A stretch of 63,276 nucleotides of DNA, filler included, from Intoshia linei (GCA_001642005.1; 6 parts of 6 records of this genome joined end to end with filler, not necessarily neighbours in it), one strand, 5' to 3'. Counted from the first letter of the whole stretch, positions 40,488 to 52,433 are shown. Made by a program: numbers and translations. Notes: generated by a model not told the origin, from the letters alone.

Positions 40488-42405
40488 CAGTCAAATCTGC
40501 ATAATCCGAACATTGTATAATTCGAACATTGCGACTTTGAACAAATTATAGTATATTTTTTTACGGTTACTATACAATGAGAAAATTTTAATTTGAACAT
40601 TAAACTAAAAATATTTTCGAATATTAAGACAATTCAAATATATTATCATTTTATAGCGTGATTTTTTATTTTTTATATTGTAAGTATGAAGAATAAAAGA
40701 AAACAAGTAGACTTAAATTTAAAGGAAAAAAAAGATATTATTTGTTTCTATGATTAGAATCCACATTGTTTACAGCGGGAACTGGCAATTAAATTTAAAA
40801 TTTCCTTAGGTAAATATATTTAAGCTTTTTATAATATTAATAATGATAGGTACAATAAATAGAATCTTATCAAATAAGGAAAAACTTTTACAAATTGATG
40901 ATAACAGAAATAAAAGACAACGCAAACTTTCGAAAACGAATGCAATTGACAGCACTTTATTTAAATGGTTAGTTAGTAGACGTCATATGTATCATTCCAT
41001 ATCTGGCGATAGTCTCAAAATAATGGCCTTGAAATTAGCAGAATCTGCTAATATATTTAATTTTTGTGCCTCAACCGGATGGCTGAATTCCTTTAGAAAT
41101 AGATATAATATAAAATCAAAATTTTTGAAAGGAGAGTCAGGCTTCGTACCCGAAAGTTTGATTGATAATTTTAAACCTATTTACAAAAACAAATTAAAAG
41201 AATATAATTTTGACAATATATTTTATTGGTGATGAAACTGGTTTACTGTATAAAGGCACCGGAAATAGAAGTTTAGTAGCACATAATGACACTAACTTAA
41301 GCTATAAACAATATAAAGATAGGTTAACCATTTTATTTTGTGCCAGTATGTCTGGAGAAATTTTGGCATTATTGGTTATTGGTAAAGCTAAAAATATAAG
41401 ATGCTTTAATGGAAAACAAAAAACCTTTAAAAAGTTAAGTGTAGAATATTTTCACTCTAGAAATGCTTGGATGACTGCTGTTATATTCAACAATTGGTTA
41501 CTTAATTTAAATACAAAAATAAAAATTGAAAAATTTTGTTAACACTTGATAACGCACCAGTGCATTTTTATGGAATAGAATTGTCCAACATAGATTTCCT
41601 TTTTTATCCAAAAAATACTACGTCAAAATTGCAACCCTTAGACCAAGGTATAATAAAAGCATTCAAGGATAAATATAAATCCATTACGAAAAATAAGATA
41701 TTGTTTGAACTTGATAACATACATGATATTGATTATGAAACACATTTTGATTCAATAAAAAAAATAGACGTTTATGAGGCCCTGCTATCTATAAATCAGG
41801 CTTGGAGAGAGGTGTCGAATACGACAATTTCCAATTGTTGGAATAATGCAATAACAAATTCTAATATTGAATCAGATTACGAAATCGATATTATATTTGA
41901 AAATATATATGAAAAAATTTCTGAATCTGATAATATATTCATAAAACAATTCAGTGAAAATGAGAGGATGAAAATAGAGCAAGAGGATGAATGTACCAAA
42001 TCAACCATACCTGAAAACGATAAGTAGCTGCTTAAATTCAACTATTTAATCTATATTTTAGAATTATAACATTTCAACAATGTTGCAAATCGGTCGATGA
42101 CCTGGAATCGTGGTTTATGAACAATTGCAATGAAAAATTTAATTTAGTCTGGGATATAAGAGAGGTTTTGGTAGACCACAAAAGAAAATCCCAGTTTAAA
42201 ATAACTGATTATTTTAAACAAAAATAGATAATCCATTTATTAATTGAAATGTATAGTTAAACCAGTAATAAATATTTATAAGAATAAATAGCATTTTAAT
42301 AGTGTTCAGAATTATGTTTATATTTATATATATATTATATTATTGCGAATTATGAACTTTTTATTAAATCTATCCCAGGGTGTTCAGATTATACAGATTT
42401 GACTG
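40488..42405 (+). mobile_element. Full-length pogo/Tigger DNA transposon with disrupted transposase (40686-~42227)
   Basis: 25-bp TIRs CAGTCAAATCTG(C/T)ATAATC(C/T)GAACA and TA TSD. HTH-CENPB (ASTGWLNSFRNRY) and DDE motifs DETGL, DNAPVH and LQPLDQGII. One in-frame TAG and two frameshifts. Confidence 0.95.
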
Positions 42406-42649
42406 TATATTTAATTTTTTTTTCTAGAATACAAAATAAAAATCAGAGGTAAAGAAAATGTTATAATGATAATTTATTCATTTACATTGTTAATAAAATT
42501 GATATCTATAACTTGCAGTATAAAAGATTTTTAAATTTTCAAAGTGTTGATGAAATATTTTGTAACATCTTTACTTATATAATATGATACGCAATATTTG
42601 TTTGTGTGTGTAACCGTTTATTTCAATAACTACAAGACTTAGAATTTTA

Positions 42650-43100
42650 TAAACTCCACATTTCAATTACAGTTTTTTCCGGGTGATAATAAGATAAATT
42701 TCAACCGCACAAACTCACATCTTACGAAATAAAACACCAATTGTTTTTTTTTTGAAAATCAAACGAGTTGGAGAATTTAAAAAAATATATACACTGATAC
42801 GGACTTTAAAATCATAAACATTATCATACATTTGACATTCCCAAAGGTGCAGAAATAGATGAAAAAATAGTAATTTAACCTTTAAAAAGAAATTTGAAAT
42901 TATATTTTTTACCAAACCTTAAAAGTATGGTTTTTGTAACTACCCCTGAGCAAATTTTCCGATTTTTTTTTAACCATAACCTTGAAAGGGAATTTTGGTT
43001 TATTATTTTTAAATTCCCTTTAATGTTTAATTCAGAAAATCTAAACAAACCCTTCCTATACCTATTAAGATTCAAATTAATTAAAGATTTTAAGGGATAT
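42650..43100 (+). repeat. Dispersed repeat family A copy
   Basis: Similar to 6668-7085 (inverted) and 10570-10800. Confidence 0.55.
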
Positions 43101-44335
43101 CTAGCAAGATTAAAATATAATTACTAATAGTAATAATTTTATTTTTAACGATTAAATCTACACCGAAAAAGTTAATAAAATTATCTAATACAGGAATAGT
43201 GTACAGTTTACTAAGCGGAATTTAAGTTTTTATGGTTATAATTTCATGTGTCGATAGTATCCAGACACGTACAAGTAAAATGATTGTATCGCTAATAATA
43301 ACATTACCCAAAGAATCCAAGAAAACTAAATATTTTTTATTCCGTTAAAGAAAGAAGTCCAGTTTAATCGTTGAAATTGCTTGTAAATATTTGAAGTGAA
43401 AAAACACGCACAGTCAAATTTAAAATTTAAGTCGGCAGACAGACATAAAGTTGAAAAATAAATGTTAACTTGTTTCGATGTCATTTATTTCATAATCATA
43501 ACATGAAACAATTATTTTATCACTGCATATTATCGGGAGGATTTGGAGCGGCAACTACCATTTTTATAAAAAAATTTCTAACAAGTGAAACTACTTTTAC
43601 GGTAATGACTTTGATTAATCTTTTAAGGTTCACAACTTAGATGTTTACAAATTTGGCCATAATCTTAATATTTAATGTAATTATGTGGTATTTTTCCATA
43701 AATGCATTGGATTCGTCTTCTTCCACAGCAATGGCAGAATGTCTTATTACTTTTTTTAATATCATTTTTTCGGTAATGTCAATTATACCCTTCACGACGA
43801 CTAAAATATATTTAGACGATATTTGCAATCGCGATACACCAAACACAGTATTCATTAAAATTTATAATTGGAGTAATTTTTGTTAGTTTTGGTATAATGT
43901 TGTATAATTAAAATTAATCAAAATAGTATTGATCTCTTTTGCTCTTGCATATTGCTTTTCTAGCTTTTTTCCGTGGTGTAGATAATTTGACATTTCTAAG
44001 AATGGATTCATATGTGTTAAACGACAAATCGCACCTTTTTATAAAAATTTTCACCTCCACGTCAGAATCGTATTCGACTGATTTCAGTTTGGGAGTTGAG
44101 TTTCTCATATAATTCCGCACTAATCGTTGTGCCGCGTGATCTACGTAAATCGAATCTGATTCGTAATGCATTTTTAAAAATATGAATGAATAGTGGCTAT
44201 TCTATTTGGATAATTAGCGTAATGGATCAAAACATAAAAACCTAATAAAATGTAAAATAATTTAATATTGAATTACATATTTAATTTACAAATGGAATAA
44301 AATTATGGAACTATACCAAATTTAAAAGACGTACA

Positions 44336-47300
44336 TTATCTTTTTCTACCACCTCTCTCTTTAATTAGAAGAATAAATATGTCGTTACTCTTAATATTGT
44401 AGTGAGCCAATGAATTCATATCCTTAGCAAACAAACCCTATATATTAATTTATTGTAAAAATAGTAAATTACTCCAATTTGTATCTTTTGTTTTCCATTG
44501 GGTAGTTTCGTTTGTTCGCATATAAAATTTTTCACATCAGTTATCTAACAATAGTTTATAGTTATACAGAAAAATAGTAACACTAGCCATAATTGGGAAT
44601 ACGTTTTCCAATGTTCTTCCATCTAATTTCCAATCTGTTTTATCAGACACAACTGGTATTTGAATTTTGACAGTGATATCGTCAGGATTTAAAGCAGAAT
44701 ATTCTCCTTCTGGAATAAAGTGGTCATCCTTTGGCCTTTTCGGTCTCATAAACATTTGCTCGTGGCGCATCGGCATTCCCATGGGATGAAATGGAGGCAT
44801 AGGGTGTGGATTCATCATAGGCATAGGTCTAATCATATGCATTGGCTGGGGCGGTGGTAGCTGAATCATGGGAATATTTATTCCTGGTCCAGGAGGCATG
44901 TACTGCGATTTCATTTGTTCTGGTTTTGGTCTCATAACGTGTTGAATCTTTACCGATTCAGACATTTTTATATTTTCAGATGGTGGCTCTGATATGTTCA
45001 TTTTGTCAACTTTTTTGGGCCCAATTTTCTCTTTGTCTTCGTCGTGGCTAAATATTACATTAATAAAAAGTAAAATAGTTTTATTTCATCATAAAACAAC
45101 TAAAATTAAAATTTGAAAAAGTATCTGAATCAATCACTATAAACATAAATATTTATACATCAAAAGCAAGCAATAACACAACTATATACAACCATGAACA
45201 ATCTTCATTTACAAGACTCATATGACATAAACACAGAGATATCTAAAAAATATTAGTGAAATGAACTTCCATCAATTAGAAAATAATGATGATTTAATCG
45301 ATCAGGTAAAAAAATTAAAGGGTTCTAAGTTTTTCATGCGTGAAAAAGATTATATTCTCAATAGTCCGCTGATCAATGATGACCTGGTACATTTTTACAA
45401 TTATTCTGATAACCCGTCAGCCACTGATAATATACAAAAAAATCATTTACTATGGTCAACCCATTCCACTCAATGCATAGATCCAACCTTTAATACCAAT
45501 ACCCTATTTAACATATTAATCTTATATTATCATGATCCCACTGAAAATGTATTTAAAACATATAAGAAAATAATAACCATATTCAAACATGAATATAATG
45601 TACCTTCATGTTTAATTAAGACCACACAAACTTTCAACAGCTTAAACATCAATAACAATTTAAATGAACGAATAGATCATTTTCAAGAAAATGTTAGATT
45701 CATCTTAGAGAGTAATTCCACTCAAAATGTTTTTTCTTCTGAGTGGTCGAATCAGAATTATCTCAGAAATAGTTAATATAGCTAATTCTATGGGAGTTGT
45801 TGATAGACGAAATTTGTTGACCCGCATCTCTGCAATGTATCGAATATCCGTTCAATATTATATTTTAAAAGATAACCATTGGGAATGTGAAATTAAAACT
45901 ACCCCATTTGGACCGATTTTATTTAACGACCATGATTTTTGGTTCGAAAAACATTCATTAATTAGAAATCTCAACTCAATGCTAAATATAAAAGATATCT
46001 TAAACTCCAGAATCAACTCTGTAATATGTATTTCACTTCTGAACACGTTCTTATACACCTCACTTTATATATACCCTATTCAAGTTTTACAAAGCCGGAT
46101 ATACTCTTATCTAGGTCTGGTGACAACGGTTATGAAGTTATTAAGAAAATAAAGCCTTTATGCAATGCAATTTTTTATAAAATTGTCAGAGCGTAATCTA
46201 TCTATAAAATCGGACAGTGATTTTCACGAGGTAATAAAAAATGCTTATCTTGAATTACTCTCCAAATAGAATATAATAGAGGGTACATCTTAATGCCTTG
46301 ACATAATCTACAACACAACTAATTAATACAATCTTCAATTTCTATTGGGGTGTTACCGACATTGGGGACATCCATTCATAGACTACATACCGTCAACATA
46401 TCAGACATTAAAAAATTAAACCTAAAAATTAGTTATAATAGAACTCATAAATTTAAGTTACCAGGAATTCGAAACTTATGTACTTACCAACATATAATTA
46501 CGGAAAAATCGAACTATGTATAAAAAATTTTTAATAAACCTCTTGTGTTCTACATCTCTCAAAGTAAAAATATATTAAAATGTCACGCCTCTTTAAAGAT
46601 AGGTCTAATAACCATTAATAAAGACATTATTATAAAACCCCAAATAAACAACATCAATATAAATACAGATAAATTGAATTTTGATTTTTTAAGAACCCTT
46701 AACGTAATAACATAAATACCAGGCCTTTGTACTTTGAAACCACATGAAATCAAATTGACTGACAACAATGCTGGAATAAAATCCCATAACTTTCCCACAC
46801 TCTAATAGTAATATCTTAAGTTTAATATCTACTGACAATAAAATATTAGAGGAAATAGATAGATTGGGGCAAATTTACCCTCAACAAGTAATATGCGTTC
46901 GCCAAAATTATCATCAATATCATATCAATGTACAAATTCACATTAAAACAAGAGGAAATGAAAGATATTAAAATCGAAATTCCATTTAATCGAGCAAATG
47001 GATTCATAAAATTTTTCATCATTTCTCAATTTAAATTAGTGTCAATAAAACTACGGTTGGAGATTTTTTTTAAAAATTATATAATTTGAAAATTCAAAAA
47101 AATGAAATGTTAATAAGTAATTGAATAAGTTGCCACACAGATTCAACTGAATTAATAAATATTTGGAATAAAAATTATAATTACGTTCATGTTTTAATAC
47201 ATTACTCTCCTTAATCTTGATCAAACGTATAATTACTGATAATATATTATGTTAATCATACAACTTATCCATCCAGGGTCATATAATGGTCCGATCATCA

Positions 47301-50300
47301 CAGGCATATTATTCTAGATACGAGGTCCCAAACTGATTTGGTCTACCGCCCTCCCCTTTTAGCAATGTTTCCAACGCCCTTGAAAAATTTTCGAGTCAGG
47401 GTGCACAACCTTTCCATCAATTATGCCGCAAAGCCACTTTACGCATTGATACTACGGCCACACAAAATTTAATTTGACTTTAAGAAAGTTTAAATCCATT
47501 TGAGAAAGTGAGCAAAATCAAAAATGTAACATTTTGATAAAAATATTTCCCTTGAATTTGAAGTAAAATGATATATTGTAACATGATTACATCGATTGCC
47601 CACCGTCGCATATAAACGTTATCACGGCTACATGCGGTCGTAAGGCCGCAGGTTGCGCACCCCAAGCTTGCGATATAAAACTCCCCTTATAACCAAAAAA
47701 TTCATCAATCCCCCACTCTATTATATTATTCTATACTATATCATATTTTTTAAAATCGCCCAGTCGCTTCCAACAGAATTAATTCCTCACTTTGGGAACC
47801 CCTGTTCTAGATCAATAGGTGATTTTAGGAAAATTGTTCGTATGAGCAAATTTTTGTTAATCCAGCAGAGTAATGGTGAAAAAAAGATTGGAAACCGTTG
47901 TATTATACAATAAATAGAGGAAACAAAAAAACATTGTATATGCATAATTGTGTATACTAAATGCACTATATAAGCCTTTATGTTGGGGTTTTAATCCTTT
48001 TTATATAATTGTATATCATTCCACCCAATATTCCACGTATGAGTGGAACTTTTGTATTTTCGCAAAAAAGTGAAAAAATTCACACCCTCTAATATATGGT
48101 CTACATTTTTAATCTAATTTTGATTTTTTCAAATTTATTTAATCCGAATGAAAATGTTTGGTGTGACTAATTTAAAATGTACAACATTAAGGTATCATAA
48201 ATCATTTATACATATATTTACAAATTATCACCGAAATTTGAAAATATTCAGAAACTAAAAACAGTTCCTTTTAGTTTTAACAGTATAAATATAAATATTT
48301 TTCCCTGTAATAGGACAATCGTAATTTTTCATATATAGTCATAAAGAAAATTCAAGAATTAATAAAATTAAAATGACACAAAACCAAAAAATTTCATAAC
48401 CAGGCACATTCATTAAAACAAACTAAATTATAAATGTTAGTTTTACTTGGGTTGTCACTGATTTGCTAAAAAATAGCTGAAAAAAATTACACAAGTCCCT
48501 GAGATCTATGAATAATTTTGATTTGATCTTCAATTGTAATATCTTTCCTAGCGCGTTGTGAAACACTTTCAATAGACGAAGCATGTCCATCCCAAGTGAT
48601 TCTTTCTTCCTGTTTAGGTTTACTAGAAGTGTCTTCACCAATCTGAAAAAATTGTAACCAAAAATTAATTAGTGCAAACCTTTCTACCAATTTGTGCTTC
48701 TTCAGATCCGTAACCGAAAATGTCAGTTCTACGTTCCGCTAACCTTTTAAGGTTAGAACTAACATTCATTCCAGTAGCCAAAATAGCTGCAGCTTGATGT
48801 TTATCTGCCATTCGTTCTCTTTCGCGATTATTTATCCAACTTGGATCCAATAACCCTAAATTGTAAATAGAAACAAATTATTAAAATATTACCATATCTC
48901 ATGTGATCTGAAACATCGTTCGATGTCATTTTTTGTTGAGTGAGTGGGGAAATAAAATTTAAATTTTGATCCGACATGTTCTGTTTGCTGGCTAAAATAC
49001 AATATACGCTGTCTCATGATACATTTACCTTTTGGGTCATAATTGTGCCTTACAATACTCTCTGGACCTGGAACAGCTGGCGGTGGCATTAAATGATCAT
49101 CATTGAAATTAGAATCCACAGAAATCTGTGGAGTATCGGGTATCGATTGTTTCTATAATTAATACATCAATTTCACGTGTCAATAAATATTATAAAATTA
49201 AAATTTAAAACAATCACTTGAAAATAAACCAAAAAACAGATTTTTTAAATTGATGGTTAAAATATACGTTTCTGCTACTTAATATTTGAAATAATAAATT
49301 ATTACCACGGGTTCAACTTCATTATCTAAACTTCCCAGTTGATAGTTGCTTTCAGAAAATCTACTTTCCTCTAAAACACGATTTCCCACCTCTTCTGGAG
49401 TAGTAGGTGGAGGAAAATTGCCATACTCTGTAGACTTATAATCTACGACTTCAACAACGACAAAAGAGTGCCAATCAATCTGAGAATACAAAATTCTCTG
49501 TCGTTCGGCATTAGCCATTTCTTTTTCCTGTTGACATTTACGATATTTGCACCAACGTACACGATAAGCAATGTTTTCATTAATCTTAAAAAAATAATAA
49601 ACTACCGCCCAAAGTTCTATACCTTTCTAACAGATATTGACATGTCATTAATCTCATTAATCATTGATCTTTTCGGTAAAAATACTTTAGAATACTGACT
49701 GACGAGTTTTGTAAAATATGGATAATAACTATGTTGTGGTTTCAAAAAGTCAAATTGAGAATTTCTACTTTCTCTGGAAAGAAGATTATCAAGAAAAGAT
49801 CTTCCATTCCTAGCAACAAATGTGGCAGTTAATTTCAAGGTATCTCTAAAATATAAATACAAAAAATATAAAAAAATGTAACAATTCATCCAAGTTTATT
49901 GTAGGAGCATCTACAATAAAAGTCAATTCTGATGGTGGATCCTTTAATGGTGGTTCATCGATAATTTTCAATTGTTGCATATTATTAATGGTAGATTTTA
50001 GTGTGGTTCTCTATTAAAATTTACAATGAAAAAATATTTCATAAACCTTGGAATCTTCCTTCGTTTTTTCAGCTAAATTTTAATGAAATCATGATATATG
50101 CCTAAATTACGCTTTCCATCTTTACATTCTTTTACTTTCTGTTGATAATATGCGTGATAGGGATCTCCAGTATTGAGAAAATTAAATTTAGTGTTGTTTT
50201 CTTCATTTTTTCGAATTCGATTAACAAAATCAGTTCCCATTCGTGATACATAATCAGCGGTAGTGTCAATAATGTCTGAAAACGTATTAAAACATAAAAT

Positions 50301-50379
50301 TTGCAATGTTACTTCTTATTTCTATAGGAGGATTAATAACACCAATCTCCGAATTTGTGCTTTCATTTTGTTGAACCAT
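44336..50379 (-). CDS. SF3A1: Splicing factor 3A subunit 1 (SF3a120/Prp21), multi-exon
   Basis: Two SURP domains (IIDTTADYVSRMG, LKLTATFVARNG...FDFLKPQHSY); YSQIDWHSFVVVE, NLKRLAERRTDIFG, ITWDGHASS, Pro/Met-rich region; ubiquitin-like C-terminus ending KERGGRKR*. Large intron 45048-48490. Confidence 0.95.
45194..46386 (+). pseudogene. Endogenous viral element: N-terminal part of a rhabdovirus-like (Mononegavirales) L polymerase gene
   Basis: Collinear motifs across frameshifts: KDYILNSPLINDD, FGPILF...WFEK...MLNIKDILNSR, GDNGYEVIKKIKPLCN and GCYRHWGHPFIDY (46348-46386). Recalled VSV/rabies L equivalents are DYNLNSPLISDD, LGPTF...LLMVKDVIIGR, GNFSYDLIKMVEPICN and G(S/C)(F/Y)RHWGHP(F/Y)IDY. 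No introns; several stops. Confidence 0.88.
46387..46905 (+). mobile_element. Ty3/Gypsy pol fragment (protease C-terminal half to RT start) abutting the viral insert
   Basis: LVFYISQSKNILKCHASLKIGLITIN (retropepsin C-terminal pattern), PGLCTLKPHEIKLTDN (protease-RT linker) and LEEIDRLG..PSTSNMRSP (RT N-terminal EEIxxL..PSxSxWASP pattern). Confidence 0.65.
47320..47804. mobile_element. hAT MITE in the large SF3A1 intron
   Basis: Perfect 8-bp TSD TTCTAGAT (47312-47319 and 47805-47812); right TIR TTTGGGAACCCCTG; left TIR degenerate. Confidence 0.8.
47397..47664. mobile_element. Second hAT MITE nested in the previous one; same family as 22624-23683
   Basis: CAGGGTGCACAACC ... GGTTGCGCACCCC. The first ~100 bp match the reverse complement of 23590-23683. 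Confidence 0.75.
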
Positions 50380-50694
50380 TGTCACCAATTAATATTTTTA
50401 TGAGTTGAGAACCGAACAAATAATAACTTTAGGATATTATCGTTATCGTTATAGTAATGTGATGGTGAAGCAGCGTTGTCATGAATCATGATTTAATATA
50501 AATTTTTTATTGTAATTTATTATTCATTTTAAAAATACCATTTTACATTTACATCTAAATTTAATTACAAGAAAACCAAGAGCCTTACAAAATTCATACA
50601 TTTATTTGAAAAATTTACAAATCTTGACATTATTGTGATTTTTACAGGGTTTTCTATTTTACAGCATTAAATACGGTTGGCGAAGTTCAAAATA

Positions 50695-51686
50695 TTAGTT
50701 TGAGTATTTAGTAGCAATGTAGTTTTGCAATATGGCGTTAATATTTGGTGGACATTTTATATTGATTCCAATATCTATCCATTTCAGTGGAATCTAAATT
50801 AAATGCATATAATTGTACAATGTACATCTCAATCTGGGTGATTTGGCTTTGGGTGACATTTAAAATTTTGACTCCAAATTTCAGAAAACACATTTTTTAG
50901 TTTACTGTTTTAAGAATGAATAATACATCAAATTCACATTCTTCGCAAAAGGTAACGGCAGAAAGATCACAGTGATTGTTAATCAAATATTGATATAGTA
51001 AAAATGCAATGGCTTTATCTACAACGTCGTTATTGTCAATGGCCTCGCAACTTTTATAATTTTCACTGTGATTTTGTATTGTTTTCCGAGACAATGACGA
51101 TTCTCTGGAGGCATTTTCTGAAATTTCGCAATTTTTTTTTAAATCTAATTTGAAAATAATAATAATTATAAAATAATAAAACTAAACCATTCGTGACACA
51201 TTTTCTCAATGTTTTTATTGTTTCGCGTGACTTACGAAGTTCATATTCCAATACTAAAATTTAGTAAATAAAAACAACAAATTTCACATTACAAGAAATT
51301 TTATGTTTGTCTTTTCTACTGTCGAAATTGACGGAATTGAATGAATATAAAGAAGGTGTTTCCAAATTAACATCTTGAATAGAATCGGTAATTTCCAGGT
51401 TGGAATCAGATTCAGAATAACTCACATTTTCCTTCTTTTTTTCAATACAATACTCGTTCAATTTGTCATCTTCAAGTTTGATAAAGTTTAGCGGATTATT
51501 AAAATATTCTTGTAAACATTTTACTTTAATGTTTTTTTCGTTTAATTCTGAATATAACTCTAATGCAGTCAAAATTAATTTTTCATCTAACAGCATTTCC
51601 CCCATTGATTCCCAATTTGACATTTTTTCATGAGAGGATCGGCGTACTGAATGTTCAATGTTTGAATCACTCTCATTTTTTTCCAT
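50695..51686 (-). CDS. RELCH: RELCH/KIAA1468-like protein, N-terminal coiled-coil and LisH only
   Basis: LLDEKLILTALELYSEL...LQEYFNNPLNF, LEYELRKSRETIKTLR, LisH AIAFLLYQYLINNHCDLSAVTFCEE and WIDIGINIKCPPNI, then TAA at 50697-50695. Confidence 0.8.
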
Positions 51687-52333
51687 GAAATTTTATACTT
51701 TTATATTAGAGTAAAAATTATTGGATTACGTTTAAACTAATTTTGTATCCCTAGATTTATTGAAACTAAAATATTTTCAATTTTTATATATAATATAATT
51801 AACAATTGACTTTTACATTAATACAAATATAGATACTGGAATTTTTATGATTTCCCAAAAAAAATTGTGAACAAATTAAAAAATAAATAATATCCAACAT
51901 TTGGATAAAATATGAAGTTAAAGATGATAAATCAGTGTGTAAGGTACGAAAAAATGATATGTTGCAAATTGATGATAAAATTAAATGGTTTTTAATCATA
52001 GGATTTAGTAAATAATGTTTTCAAAAAAATATTGGAAAAAGGATTTTTTTATTGAGGGTTAGTAAAATTTGTTTTTTTATTTTGTGTTTTGGATTTAGAA
52101 GTTGTTTATAAAATTTAGTAAAATCGGATTTTTCAAAATACAGTGGTTTCTGTACAATATGAATGTCAAGGGACCGGATATTTAGAATATTCATAATAAA
52201 GTTGGTCGTACAATATGAATGAAGAATGAAGTGAATATTAACTCAAATATATTAAGACAATTAACAAATATATAAGTATAGTATTTATTTTTGCAATGGA
52301 AAATAGTTTGTAATTTTGTTGCTATTTTCAATT

Positions 52334-52433
52334 NNNNNNNNNNNNNNNNNNNNNNNNNNNNNNNNNNNNNNNNNNNNTTAATTAATTAANNNNNNNNNNN
52401 NNNNNNNNNNNNNNNNNNNNNNNNNNNNNNNNN
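52334..52433. other. Assembly spacer 4
   Basis: N44-TTAATTAATTAA-N44. Confidence 0.98.

Noticed and set aside
46150-46420. Alternative genetic code or readthrough to explain stops in the L-like frame
   Set aside because: Frameshifts accompany the stops, and host genes end normally with TAA, TAG and TGA. Ordinary pseudogenisation explains it.
46583-46798. 71-aa hydrophobic minus-strand ORF as a small membrane or viral protein
   Set aside because: It lies antisense to the Gypsy protease-RT linker reading on the + strand.
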